DNA of 47,802 bases from an uncultured Desulfovibrionaceae bacterium. GTDB lineage: Bacteria > Desulfobacterota > Desulfovibrionia > Desulfovibrionales > Desulfovibrionaceae. The notes beneath the pieces were generated by a model that ran no database searches, had not been told where the DNA came from, and was given only the letters and a program-made list of their open reading frames with translations. Made by a program: the position numbers and the translations under genes. The stretch covers positions 1,785-49,586 of the forward strand of contig CAYJIB010000003.1 of the NCBI GenBank assembly GCA_964370125.1, given 5' to 3'. Position 1 is the stretch's first letter; each line of letters opens with the position of its first letter. This document shows positions 1-9,544 of the stretch, piece by piece.

Positions 1-104
1 ATTTTCGCAGACACTGAGCTTGAAAGTCGAAAAGTTTAATTGTTCGAGCGAAGGGCGTATTTACTGCAAAGCTTAATTTTCGCAGACACTGAGCTTGAAA
101 GTCA
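1..104. repeat. Two exact copies of a 28-nt direct repeat (1-28 and 77-104) separated by 48 nt; the array may continue upstream of the window edge
   Basis: attttcgcagacactgagcttgaaagtc occurs identically at 1-28 and 77-104. The first copy abuts the window start. The flanks after each copy are only loosely similar (aaaagttt). Confidence 0.6.
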
Positions 105-217
105 CAAAAAAGTTTTTGAAACAGCCTAGCACGGCATAAAGTAAAAACAAAGAATATCAATAGAATAAGTGTGCGGTCTTCTTGGGCCGCACACAAAAGC
201 TTCCTCAAGGAGATAGT

Positions 218-883
218 ATGCGCATACGCGAATGGATGACCAATCATGTAGTCTATGTGAACAGCACAACCTCAATTCTCAAAGCCAAAAAACTGATGGA
301 AGCGCACGATATTCGCCGCCTGCCCGTTGTTGATAACGATATGCACGTTGTGGGCATTGTGTCAGATCGAGACATCAAAGACGCTTCGCCCTCAAAGGCC
401 ACAACCTTAGACATGCATGAATTGCAATACCTCTTGTCAAACTTGAAAATTCAAGACATCATGACAAGCAAGCCTGTGACCGTTACCGCCGATGATACGG
501 TTGAGCACGTCGCTCTTATCCTCGAAGAAAAAGGCCTAAGCGCCTTGCCTGTGGTAAATGAAAAGGAAGAACTTGTTGGTATTATTAGCAATTATGACCT
601 CTACAATGTCTTTATTGAGGTGAGCGGCGCAAAACAAAGCGGCCTTCAGCTTGAATTTGAAATGCCAGATGCCCCAGGCTCGCTTTGTGGGCTCTTTAAT
701 TTCTTTTGTGAGCATGCCGTCAATATCTTGTCTGTTTTGACAGACCGTAAAAAAGCCAGCTCGGGAAAAGTCTTTGTCTATGTGCGTATAAGCACCTTGG
801 CAGAAGACAAAGAAGAAGCCTTGATTGCGGCTTGTGCAGAAAAGTTTTCTTTGCGCCATTGGCAGCGTGCCAAAGGATTTTAG
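218..883 (+). CDS. CBS-pair plus C-terminal ACT domain protein (AcuB-like)
   Basis: ATG at 218 is preceded by aaggaga. Two CBS-like repeats are present (HDIRRLPVVD.., GLSALPVVNEKEELVGIIS). The ACT-like tail is LEFEMPDAPGSL..ILSV. Confidence 0.75.
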   Translation: MRIREWMTNHVVYVNSTTSILKAKKLMEAHDIRRLPVVDNDMHVVGIVSDRDIKDASPSKATTLDMHELQYLLSNLKIQDIMTSKPVTVTADDTVEHVALILEEKGLSALPVVNEKEELVGIISNYDLYNVFIEVSGAKQSGLQLEFEMPDAPGSLCGLFNFFCEHAVNILSVLTDRKKASSGKVFVYVRISTLAEDKEEALIAACAEKFSLRHWQRAKGF

Positions 884-917
884 TATAAGGCGGCCTCTCG
901 CTTTTGGATAAAATATT

Positions 918-1910
918 ATGACAGATTGTATTGTAGGGCTTAAATTTAGCCTGTATGGGCAAACCTTTTTTTTCACAAGCCCTGACCCTTCTATCCAAAA
1001 AGGGGATCGTGTCTTTGCAGAAACAGAACACGGCCTTGGCCTTGGGGATGTCGTTTGTGTTCGCACAGAAGCTCCAAAATGCCTAGATATCGAAGAGCTT
1101 AGGCCCATTGAACGCAAGGTTGAAGAGGCCGACTTGCCCTCTATCGAAGAACACGATACCCTACAACACGCGGCCTTTCACTTTTGTGCCGAATGTATTC
1201 GCAATCGTGAACTCGACATGAAGCTTGTCGATGTCGAAATGCTCTTTAACAAAAGCAAGATCCTCTTTTACTTCACAGCGCCAACACGTATCGACTTTCG
1301 AGAGCTTGTCAAAGACCTGGTCTGTGAATACCACACACGCATAGAACTTCGGCAAATAGGCGTGCGCCACGAAACACAAATGCTGGGAGCTATCGGCTCT
1401 TGTGGCATGGTTTGTTGTTGTCGCCGTTTCTTAAAAAAATTCATGCCCGTCACCATCAAAATGGCCAAAGAACAAAATCTGTTCTTAAATCCTACAAAAA
1501 TTTCAGGTATTTGTGGAAGACTTCTTTGTTGCCTCAGCTATGAACAAGAAAATTACGACGTCTTTCATAAAGCTTGCCCAAAGATCGGCAAGAGATACAA
1601 GACAAGTATCGGCCTTGTGCGTGTTTTGCGGGGCAATATGTTCCAAAATTCTATTACTGTGCTAGATGAACACGGTGCAGAACACGAATACAAGCTCGAT
1701 GAATGGCAACAAATCCAAATAAAACGCAATACTCCGCCCGCTCAAACACAGAAAGAAAAGCCCACAACAAATCAAAGCCAAAAAAGCCCAGAAAAGAAGG
1801 CCTTGCTACCAGAAGCCTTAACTGAAATGGCGTCTGACGGAGCTTTTTTTGTGGTGAGTGCAGACGAGACTTCTGAAGAAGACGAAAATCTTAACAATAA
1901 CAAAGAATAA
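918..1910 (+). CDS. PSP1 C-terminal domain protein (RicT/YaaT-like)
   Basis: Cys-rich PSP1-type motifs are present: GSCGMVCCCRRFL and GICGRLLCCLSYE. The C-terminal tail is low-complexity. Confidence 0.8.
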   Translation: MTDCIVGLKFSLYGQTFFFTSPDPSIQKGDRVFAETEHGLGLGDVVCVRTEAPKCLDIEELRPIERKVEEADLPSIEEHDTLQHAAFHFCAECIRNRELDMKLVDVEMLFNKSKILFYFTAPTRIDFRELVKDLVCEYHTRIELRQIGVRHETQMLGAIGSCGMVCCCRRFLKKFMPVTIKMAKEQNLFLNPTKISGICGRLLCCLSYEQENYDVFHKACPKIGKRYKTSIGLVRVLRGNMFQNSITVLDEHGAEHEYKLDEWQQIQIKRNTPPAQTQKEKPTTNQSQKSPEKKALLPEALTEMASDGAFFVVSADETSEEDENLNNNKE

Positions 1911-1996
1911 GACAGCAAAAAGAACTCCCCTACCAAAAAATTACCAGAAACATTATCTGAAACATTAGCCGCCACGAAAAGAAGACAGGAAAGACA

Positions 1997-3988
1997 ATGG
2001 CCAATTATTCCATCACAACCCCCATCTACTATGTCAACGCGAACCCGCACTTGGGCCATGCCTATACAACCATCGTTGCCGATTCTCTCACACGCTTTCA
2101 CAAGGCCATTGGCGACAAAAGCCATTTCCTCACAGGGACAGACGAGCACGGCGACAAGATCGCCCAAGCCGCCGAAGCCGCTGGGAAAAGTCCGCAAGAA
2201 TTTGTGAATGAAGTAAGCAGCTTATTTGAAGGACTCTGGCCACAACTTGGCATTCAAAATGACGATTTTATCCGCACAAGCGAAGAGCGACACAAAAAAA
2301 CCGTGCAGGCCTTTTTGCAACATGTCTACGACAAAGGCGACATCTATTTTGGCGAGCATGGCGGCTTTTATTGCACAGGTTGTGAGCGTTTTTACACAGA
2401 AAAAGAGCTTGAAGATGAGCTTTGCCCACAGCACAAGACCAAGCCAGACTTCATTCAAGAAAAGAATTATTTCTTCAAAATGTCCAAATACTTGCCTTGG
2501 CTTGCTGAACATATTCGTGAAAATCCAGACTTCATTCGCCCAGAACGTTACAAGCTTGAAGTGCTTTCTATGATTGAAAGCGGTGCCCTTGAAGATTTGT
2601 GTATTTCTCGTCCAAAATCCCGCCTGACTTGGGGGATTGAACTGCCTTTTGACACAGATTATGTCTGCTATGTGTGGTTTGATGCGCTAATCAATTACAT
2701 CACTTCTCTTGGCTGGGATCCAAACAATCCTGGGGCAAAATACGAGACTTTTTGGCCTGGCGAACACATGATCGCCAAAGACATCTTAAAGCCCCATGCC
2801 GTCTTTTGGCCAACCATGTTAAAATCAGCAGAGCTGCCCATCTATCAGCATTTGAACGTGCACGGCTATTGGCTTATGCGTGATGAAAAAATGTCAAAAT
2901 CCCTTGGCAATGCGATAAGCCCCATAGGCCTTAAAGACCGCTTTGGCCTTGACGCTTTTCGTTATTTCCTCTTGCGTGAAATGAATTTTGGGAGCGATGC
3001 GGCCTTTACCGAACAAGCACTGATCACCCGCATAAATGCCGATTTAGCCAATGATCTTGGCAATTTGTTTAGCCGTGTGCTGACGATGGTTGCTAAGTAT
3101 TTTGATGGAAAAATCCCGCAAGAAGCTGAGCAAACAGAAGACGACAAAGCTATGATGGAGCTTTGCGAAAATTCTATGCGCAACTACATTCAGCTTTTTG
3201 GTGCGATGCGTATGTCTGTGGGCCTTGACGCTCTTTGGGAATATGTTCGTGGCCTCAATAAATATGTCGACAGCCAGGCCCCTTGGACCTTGGCAAAAGA
3301 AGGCAAGACCGAACGCCTTGGCACGGTGCTTCGTCTTATGCTTGAGGGAATGCGCAAGGTCGCTTTGTGTCTTTGGCCTGTTATGCCCGGTGCTTCTGTC
3401 ACCCTTTTGCAACAGCTGGCTGTGCCTGTAAAAGACGGAGAAATCCCGACGACTGCCTTGCAAGATTGTATAGCCGAATGGAATGCCTTGCAAGACGGCG
3501 TTGAGATCGCTAAAAGCTCAAACCTCTTCCCAAGACTCGAAAAACCTACAGAAGAAACAGCTCCAAAGGCGAAAACCACAAAGGAAGAGAAAAAGCAGGC
3601 AAAGAAGAATGAAGACAAAAAAGTCGAGCCTGCAAAAGAAGGCACAAAAGATGATGGCACAGGCTTTATCGATATAACAGAATTTGGCAAGGTCGATATG
3701 CAGGTAGGCACTATACTTTCTGCAATGAAACACCCCAATGCCGACAGTCTCTTGCTCTTTAAAATTGACCTTGGTGAAGCAGAACCACGCCAGATTTTGT
3801 CTGGAATTGCGGCCTTTTACGAGCCAGAAAGCTTGGTGGGCAAACAGGTCTGTGTTGTGGCAAACTTGCCGCCAAGAAAAATGCGTGGAGAAATCTCACA
3901 AGGCATGATCCTTACCGCTGAAAAAGACGGCGTCTTGTCGCTTATCAGCCCTCTTGTGCCAGTTGCCAATGGTGCGCAGATTAAGTAG
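1997..3988 (+). CDS. metG: Methionyl-tRNA synthetase with a C-terminal tRNA-binding (EMAP/Trbp111-like) domain
   Basis: Class I HIGH motif (NPHLGHAY), KMSKS motif, a Cys knuckle (CTGCERF..CPQH), a K/E-rich linker, then the VGTILSAMKHPNADSLL tRNA-binding domain. Confidence 0.95.
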   Translation: MANYSITTPIYYVNANPHLGHAYTTIVADSLTRFHKAIGDKSHFLTGTDEHGDKIAQAAEAAGKSPQEFVNEVSSLFEGLWPQLGIQNDDFIRTSEERHKKTVQAFLQHVYDKGDIYFGEHGGFYCTGCERFYTEKELEDELCPQHKTKPDFIQEKNYFFKMSKYLPWLAEHIRENPDFIRPERYKLEVLSMIESGALEDLCISRPKSRLTWGIELPFDTDYVCYVWFDALINYITSLGWDPNNPGAKYETFWPGEHMIAKDILKPHAVFWPTMLKSAELPIYQHLNVHGYWLMRDEKMSKSLGNAISPIGLKDRFGLDAFRYFLLREMNFGSDAAFTEQALITRINADLANDLGNLFSRVLTMVAKYFDGKIPQEAEQTEDDKAMMELCENSMRNYIQLFGAMRMSVGLDALWEYVRGLNKYVDSQAPWTLAKEGKTERLGTVLRLMLEGMRKVALCLWPVMPGASVTLLQQLAVPVKDGEIPTTALQDCIAEWNALQDGVEIAKSSNLFPRLEKPTEETAPKAKTTKEEKKQAKKNEDKKVEPAKEGTKDDGTGFIDITEFGKVDMQVGTILSAMKHPNADSLLLFKIDLGEAEPRQILSGIAAFYEPESLVGKQVCVVANLPPRKMRGEISQGMILTAEKDGVLSLISPLVPVANGAQIK

Positions 3989-4025
3989 TAAGCCGTAAAA
4001 AATATATCTTTGACTTTACAAAAAT

Positions 4026-4069
4026 GCCAGAAAATCGAATTTCATACTCGTTTTTCTGGCAATTTTTTT
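4026..4069 (+). terminator. Rho-independent terminator after metG
   Basis: Stem gccagaaaa / ttttctggc followed by a T-run (aattttttt). Confidence 0.7.
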
Positions 4070-4129
4070 GTACTTTAAGCTAAAAAGTTTTCAATTTTAA
4101 AAGTTTGCTTTGTTTTCAAGGCTTTGTCT

Positions 4130-5053
4130 CTACACCTTATTGGAGCAACCAAGGACGTGCTTAATTTTATGCTGTACCATATTCTTCACAGCTTCTCGTG
4201 CAGGCTTTAAGTAAGAACGTGGATCAAATTCGCTCGGTGAATCAACAAAACACTGGCGAATAACTGCCGTCATCGCAAGACGAATGTCAGTATCAATATT
4301 GATCTTACACACAGCCATTTGAGCGGCCTTACGCAAAAGTTCTTCAGGCACACCCTTTGCCCCGGCGATTTTGCCACCGTATTGATTGGCCATGTCGACA
4401 AAATTTTGCGGCACACTTGAAGCGCCGTGCAAAACAAGAGGATAATTTGGCAAAAGCAAGCCGATTTTCTCTAAACGCTCAAAATCAAGCTTTGCTTCGC
4501 CCTGAAACTTATACGCTCCATGACTTGTACCAATAGCAATGGCCAAAGAATCGCACTTAGTGCGCTCAACAAATTCAGCAGCTTGATCTGGGTCTGTGTA
4601 GATAGATTCTTCAGAAACAACATCGTCCTCAACACCCGCAAGACGGCCAAGCTCGGCTTCAACTGTTACGCCCCTGTCGTGCGCGTATTCAACTACACGC
4701 TTGGTGAGCGCAATGTTTTCTTCAAAAGAAAGGTGCGAACCGTCAACCATAACAGACGAAAAGCCGTTATCAACGCAGTCTTTGCAGATTTCAAAATCCA
4801 TTCCGTGATCAAGGTGAAGCGCAACAGGGAGGTCAGATTCCAAAAGTGCGGCCTCAACAAGCTTTGTCACATAATGTGTGCCCGCATAGCGGCGAGCTCC
4901 AGCAGAAACCTGTAAGATAACAGGGGCTTGTTCTTCGGTAGCTGCCTGCATAATGCCCTGAATGATTTCCATATTGTTGACATTGAAAGCCCCAACAGCA
5001 TAGCCCCCGGCATAGGCCTTTTCAAACATGTCTTTTGTGGTAACGAGCGCCAT
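4130..5053 (-). CDS. fba: Class II fructose-1,6-bisphosphate aldolase
   Basis: N-terminus MALVTTKDMFEKAYAGGYAVGAFNVNNME, LHLDHG metal site and GTSHGAYKF motif. RBS aaggaga lies upstream. Confidence 0.9.
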   Translation of the reverse strand: MALVTTKDMFEKAYAGGYAVGAFNVNNMEIIQGIMQAATEEQAPVILQVSAGARRYAGTHYVTKLVEAALLESDLPVALHLDHGMDFEICKDCVDNGFSSVMVDGSHLSFEENIALTKRVVEYAHDRGVTVEAELGRLAGVEDDVVSEESIYTDPDQAAEFVERTKCDSLAIAIGTSHGAYKFQGEAKLDFERLEKIGLLLPNYPLVLHGASSVPQNFVDMANQYGGKIAGAKGVPEELLRKAAQMAVCKINIDTDIRLAMTAVIRQCFVDSPSEFDPRSYLKPAREAVKNMVQHKIKHVLGCSNKV

Positions 5054-5176
5054 AGAAAATTCTCCTTATTTGAGAGTGTATGAAAAAAGTATGAAGTCAG
5101 CTTAACAAATTTTTTCATCACTTTCTAGGGGTCTTTTGGCTTTTTTTTGCGCCAAAAATGGTTTTTTGATAGCTTT

Positions 5177-7150
5177 TTAGTCGATTTTTTTGTCGTACAG
5201 CCTCGCCGCATTCAAAACAACAAGTACAGAACCCGCATTGTGCACCAAGGCACCACTTGCGGGCCCCAAATAACCCAAGACAGACAAGATAATTGCACCA
5301 AAATTGATCGTCATAGCCATAAGAATATTGAAATTGATGCTTTTTATCGCAATATTAGAAAGTTTCTTGATATAGGCGATCTTGCTTATGTCGTCACCCA
5401 TTAGCGCGATGTCTGCGGCCTCAATGGCGATATCGCTCCCCATTGTCCCCATGGCAATGCCCACTGTGGCGACTTTTAGGGCAGGGGCGTCATTGACACC
5501 GTCGCCAACCATGCAGACAAGAGAGCCATTTTCTTGAAGCTTTTGTATGACTTCGACCTTGCCTTCGGGCAAAAGTGAGGCAGATACATCCTTTATCCCA
5601 ACTTTTTCAGCAATATAGCTTGCCGCCCTTTCATTATCGCCGCTAAGCAATATATTCTTTTTGATCCCAACAGCTTGCAGGTCTTCAATGGCTTTTTTTG
5701 CTTGCTCTTTGACGGTATCAGAAAGAGCAAAAATGCCTAAAAATTGTGTATCATCAGCCACAAGGACAATGGCCTTGCCTTCTGCTTGATAGCGGTGCAT
5801 GTCTGAATATATAGCCTCATTTAACAAAATTTGCCTCTCGTCCACAAAAAGCTTTTCATTACCGCAAGTGATTGTCCGCTCACCAAGCTTGGCTGAAACG
5901 CCTTTGCCTGCAAGCATAGTAAAATCACACGTTTCTTTAATGGCGACTTTTTGTTCTTTGGCATAGGCAGTAATGGCCTTGCCTATGGGGTGCTCTGATC
6001 TGCTTTCAACTGAAGCCACAAGTGAAAGCAAGTCAGCTTCCTTAGCAGCATAAGGCACAATGTCGCTGACAACAAGCTTGCCATGCGTGAGCGTACCGGT
6101 CTTGTCAAAGGCTATGGTGTCGATTTTCCCCATTTGTTCAAGAGCTTCGCCAGATTTTATGAGCACACCTTGTTTGGTGGCTTGGCCTATGGCCGCCATA
6201 ATGGTTGTCGGCGTTGCCAAGGCAAGAGCGCAAGGACAAAAAACAACCAATACCGTCACCGCACGGACAAGAGCGACATCACTTTGCCCCATACCATAAG
6301 CAATGACAACATAGGTAATGACGGCAATCACACAGGCAAGGGGCACAAGCCAGCCAGCCCATTTATCGACCAGTCTTTGTGTTGGGGCTTTATTGTTTTC
6401 GGCATCTTCGACAAGACGTATCATTTTTTGCAAAGAAGAATCAGAAAAAGCTTTGCGCACTTCAACATCTACCGAACCAAAACGATTGATTGTCCCCGCA
6501 AAGACCGTATCACCAGGGCTTTTGTCGATGGGGAGGGATTCGCCCGTCATAATGGATTGGTCAACACTTGTCACTCCATCAATAATGACACCGTCAGCCG
6601 AAAAGCTTTCGCCAGGGAAAACTCGAACAATATCGCCAACATGTAAGTCTTTTGCGTCAAGCATTTCTTCTTGCAGGCTGCCATCATCAAGACGAACAAG
6701 CTTACGTCCGAGGTCAGGCAAGAGATTCAGCAAACTTTCAATGCCCTTCTTGGCTTTTGCGACTGTCCTGTCTTCAAGCCAACCGCCAAGAGCCATAATA
6801 AAGGCCACCTCACCTGCGGCAAAAACATCGCCAATATAAACGGCGGCGATCATGGCAATGGTGATGAGCAAAGAAGACTTGATACGCCCTGCAAGTACAT
6901 TGCTGATTGCAGATTTTGCCAAAGGAAGGCCGGAAATAAAGAGCGATAACCAGGCAGGATTTACAGGAAAAGTAAAGCTCCCTCCCGCAATGGGGACAAT
7001 GTATTCTGTGACAAAACTTAAGGCCAAACAAAGGCCAGAAAGCCAGAGCATAGGCACAGAATTGAGCGCGTCTATATACTTTTCAATGCTTTTTTCTTTC
7101 GGAATAGAGTTCGCCTTTTCACAGCAGCTTGTAGATGATGAGTCTTGCAT
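5177..7150 (-). CDS. P1B-type heavy-metal-translocating ATPase with no N-terminal HMA domain
   Basis: CPC in the TM helix (VFCPCALALATP), DKTGTLT phosphorylation site, TGES-type actuator (MTGESLP), GDGVNDAPAL hinge, and four predicted TM helices before the actuator domain. Confidence 0.9.
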   Translation of the reverse strand: MQDSSSTSCCEKANSIPKEKSIEKYIDALNSVPMLWLSGLCLALSFVTEYIVPIAGGSFTFPVNPAWLSLFISGLPLAKSAISNVLAGRIKSSLLITIAMIAAVYIGDVFAAGEVAFIMALGGWLEDRTVAKAKKGIESLLNLLPDLGRKLVRLDDGSLQEEMLDAKDLHVGDIVRVFPGESFSADGVIIDGVTSVDQSIMTGESLPIDKSPGDTVFAGTINRFGSVDVEVRKAFSDSSLQKMIRLVEDAENNKAPTQRLVDKWAGWLVPLACVIAVITYVVIAYGMGQSDVALVRAVTVLVVFCPCALALATPTTIMAAIGQATKQGVLIKSGEALEQMGKIDTIAFDKTGTLTHGKLVVSDIVPYAAKEADLLSLVASVESRSEHPIGKAITAYAKEQKVAIKETCDFTMLAGKGVSAKLGERTITCGNEKLFVDERQILLNEAIYSDMHRYQAEGKAIVLVADDTQFLGIFALSDTVKEQAKKAIEDLQAVGIKKNILLSGDNERAASYIAEKVGIKDVSASLLPEGKVEVIQKLQENGSLVCMVGDGVNDAPALKVATVGIAMGTMGSDIAIEAADIALMGDDISKIAYIKKLSNIAIKSINFNILMAMTINFGAIILSVLGYLGPASGALVHNAGSVLVVLNAARLYDKKID

Positions 7151-7171
7151 ACTTACCTCAAGTTCTTGAAG

Positions 7172-7447
7172 TTAAAGTGTTTTTGAAAATTGATTGACAG
7201 CTGAAACAAGCTTGTTGATAGCTTCAGTCTCTTCGCCTCTTTTTAGGGCGTCAAGCACACAATGCTGCATGTGCCCTTCTAAAACCACCTGTCCTGTTTT
7301 GTGCAAAGCGGCCTTGGCCGCCCCGATTTGCATAAGGATAGACTCGCAAGGCTTGTCGTCAGCGACCATTTTTGCGATGCCACGAATTTGACCTTCTATT
7401 TTCTTTAGCCGCAACAAGACAGCGTCAACGTCCATACATTGCTTCAT
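7172..7447 (-). CDS. csoR: CsoR/RcnR-family metal-sensing repressor with an x-C-H-C (Cu(I)-type) fingerprint
   Basis: DUF156-like sequence with Cys in DDKPCES and H-x3-C in GHMQHC. ATG at 7447 has gggag 8 nt upstream. It sits 21 nt upstream of the ATPase on the same strand. Confidence 0.8.
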   Translation of the reverse strand: MKQCMDVDAVLLRLKKIEGQIRGIAKMVADDKPCESILMQIGAAKAALHKTGQVVLEGHMQHCVLDALKRGEETEAINKLVSAVNQFSKTL

Positions 7448-7481
7448 AATCAAAACTCCCTTTTTTGCGGAAAAATACCAT

Positions 7482-7498
7482 ATACCCCTATAGGGTAT
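7482..7498. promoter_or_regulatory. Candidate CsoR operator, a GC-core palindrome
   Basis: ATACCCCTATAGGGTAT (ATACCC..GGGTAT inverted repeat) lies about 35 nt upstream of the csoR start. It is downstream of a TTGACA-type -35 on the minus strand. It resembles published CsoR operators of the TACCC-N-GGGTA type. Confidence 0.55.
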
Positions 7499-7649
7499 GC
7501 ATGAAAAGAAAATAGACTTTTTTATTTTTTTGTCAAGAGTTTTTTTCAGGTATAAAATTTATGCCTTGAACGCTCTGACTTGACTTTGTGCGCTAAAGTC
7601 TTGTAAGCATAATGAAGTTATTCAATAAAAAAATCGCTCTTGGTGAAAA

Positions 7650-8504
7650 ATGAACAAGCAAGCCTATTATTTTTTGTGTGGTCTCTTGATGGGAATTGCG
7701 GACACAATCCCCGGCATTTCTGGCGGCACAATCGCTTTTATTACAGGGATTTATGAAAAGCTTTTAGAGAGCATTCAGGCTGTAGACCGTCAATTTTTTC
7801 GGTATCTTTTTCGTTTTGAAATTTCAAGGGCCTTAAAAAAAATTCCTTGGTCCTTTGTTTTGCCCCTTCTTCTTGGCATTGGCCTTGCAATTTTTTCTTT
7901 GGCACATCTTGTTGTTTACCTTATGGAAGCGCATTTGCAGAGGCTTTGGGCTTTTTTCTTTGGCCTGATTTTGGCCTCTTTGTTTTTTTTGCTTGGGGCT
8001 TTGCGTGGGCAAAAAGGCAGCAATATACTAAGCACGCTTCTTTTTATTGTTGGCACAATTTTTTCTGCTTGGCTTATGCTTGCAAAGCCCATCGCCCTTT
8101 CACCGACCTATCCCGTACTCTTTTTTTCTGGCTTTATCGCCATTTGCGCCATGATTTTGCCTGGAATTTCAGGTGCTTTTCTTCTTGTCTTGCTGGGGCA
8201 ATATCAATACATTTTGCAGGCTGTCGCTGATTTAAATTTTCCTGTACTTCTTGTCTTTGTGCTGGGTATTGTGTGCGGGCTTTTGTCTTTTGCGCATATT
8301 GTCAGTGCTTGCTTAAAGCGTTATTACAAGGCGAGCCTTGCTTTTTTGACTGGGATTTTAGCGGGTTCGATGCTTATGCTTTTCCCTTTTAGAGAAAGAG
8401 CCTTTCTTTTTGATTTTGAGACAGCTTTTTTGTGCGTTTTAATTATCATTGGTGCAGCCATTCCCCTTCTTTTGCACGCTATCAATCAAAAACTTCAAAG
8501 GTAA
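7650..8504 (+). CDS. DUF368 family membrane protein (undecaprenyl-phosphate translocase PopT-like family)
   Basis: Repeated GISGG motifs (PGISGGTIAFITGIYEKL and LPGISGAFLLVLLGQY) and a polytopic membrane profile. Confidence 0.8.
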   Translation: MNKQAYYFLCGLLMGIADTIPGISGGTIAFITGIYEKLLESIQAVDRQFFRYLFRFEISRALKKIPWSFVLPLLLGIGLAIFSLAHLVVYLMEAHLQRLWAFFFGLILASLFFLLGALRGQKGSNILSTLLFIVGTIFSAWLMLAKPIALSPTYPVLFFSGFIAICAMILPGISGAFLLVLLGQYQYILQAVADLNFPVLLVFVLGIVCGLLSFAHIVSACLKRYYKASLAFLTGILAGSMLMLFPFRERAFLFDFETAFLCVLIIIGAAIPLLLHAINQKLQR

Positions 8505-8515
8505 ATGAGGTCCAT

Positions 8516-9460
8516 GTGGAAACTTTACTCTACAGCATGAACGCTGTCGCGCCTTTATTTGTACTTGTCATAATCGGCTATTATATAAAGCAAAAAAACA
8601 TTTTGAATGCGACCTTTGTCGATGTTTTTGGCAATTTCGCCTTTAATTTTGCTATTCCTATTTCATTGTTCAATATTACATCAAGATCGCACATCAGCGA
8701 AAATTTTAACTTGAAACTCGCCACTTTTAACACCCTTGGGATAGTGGCCATTATTGTTGTGGCCTGGATAATTGTGCCAAGATTTACAACGAGGCCGAGG
8801 GCTGGCTCGATTATTCAAGGCTTGTACAGATCTAATCTTGCGGTTTTTAGCTTGCCTCTTGCGACAAATATGTTTGGTGCTGAAAACATTGCGCCAACCG
8901 CCATTATGATCGCCATTTCAATCCCTATATTTAATTCAGTTTCTATTGTCCTTCTTTCTCTTATGGGGAAAAGCGACAAAGAGCGCATGTCTGCTTTACA
9001 AGTTGTTTTGTCTGTGGCAAAAAATCCGATTTTCTTTGCCACACTTGTTGGTATTCTGTTCTCGTATTTTGACCTTGCTTTGCCCGATCTTTTGCAGGTT
9101 TCTGTCAGCAGCCTTGCGGCCTGCGCAACGCCTATCGCCTTGATTGCCTTAGGCGGGCAGTTTAGCTTTGCCAGTGCAAAAAGCAATCTTAGGGCAAGTG
9201 CTGTGAACACGCTTATTCGGCTTATCATTGTGCCAGGTGTTCTTTTGCCTATTTTCATTCTTGCGGGTTTTAGGGACGCAGAACTTGGCGCTTTGTTCAT
9301 CAATTTTAGTGCACCGATTGCGACATCGACCTTTGTTATGGCCTTAAATTTTGGTTGTGATGAAAACTTGGCTGGCGAGTTGGTTTTGTTTACAACATTT
9401 TTTTCAGCCTTTACGATCTTTGGCTGGATTTTTGCCCTGAAATATTTTGCCTATATTTAA
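8516..9460 (+). CDS. AEC (auxin efflux carrier / malate permease-like) family transporter
   Basis: About 10 TM helices with an AEC-like N-terminus (APLFVLVIIGYY). GTG at 8516 with gagg 5 nt upstream is preferred over the ORF-track start, which overlaps the DUF368 gene. Confidence 0.75.
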   Translation: METLLYSMNAVAPLFVLVIIGYYIKQKNILNATFVDVFGNFAFNFAIPISLFNITSRSHISENFNLKLATFNTLGIVAIIVVAWIIVPRFTTRPRAGSIIQGLYRSNLAVFSLPLATNMFGAENIAPTAIMIAISIPIFNSVSIVLLSLMGKSDKERMSALQVVLSVAKNPIFFATLVGILFSYFDLALPDLLQVSVSSLAACATPIALIALGGQFSFASAKSNLRASAVNTLIRLIIVPGVLLPIFILAGFRDAELGALFINFSAPIATSTFVMALNFGCDENLAGELVLFTTFFSAFTIFGWIFALKYFAYI

Positions 9461-9474
9461 GAATTATCCACAAA

Positions 9475-9505
9475 AAAGCCCTTCCGTAAAGAAGGGCTTT
9501 TATTT
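9475..9505 (+). terminator. Rho-independent terminator after the AEC gene
   Basis: Stem aaagcccttc / gaagggcttt followed by tattt. Confidence 0.65.
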
Positions 9506-9544
9506 GCATATTCAACTTTGAGGAATAAATCCTTAATACAGGGT

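Noticed and set aside
55-70. The shared word gcgtatttactg between the window-start repeat spacer and 39776-39790, as evidence of a dispersed element.
   Set aside because: It is the same statistical problem: a single 12-mer match is not significant, and the flanks do not align.
1-104. Calling the 28-nt repeats a CRISPR array.
   Set aside because: There are only two units, the 48-nt interval is atypical, the post-repeat flanks are partly similar, and no cas genes are in the window. I kept it as a low-interest finding rather than a CRISPR feature.
536-1117. 193-aa minus-strand ORF spanning the CBS and PSP1 genes.
   Set aside because: It overlaps two well-supported plus-strand genes and their intergenic RBS, and has no recognisable motifs.
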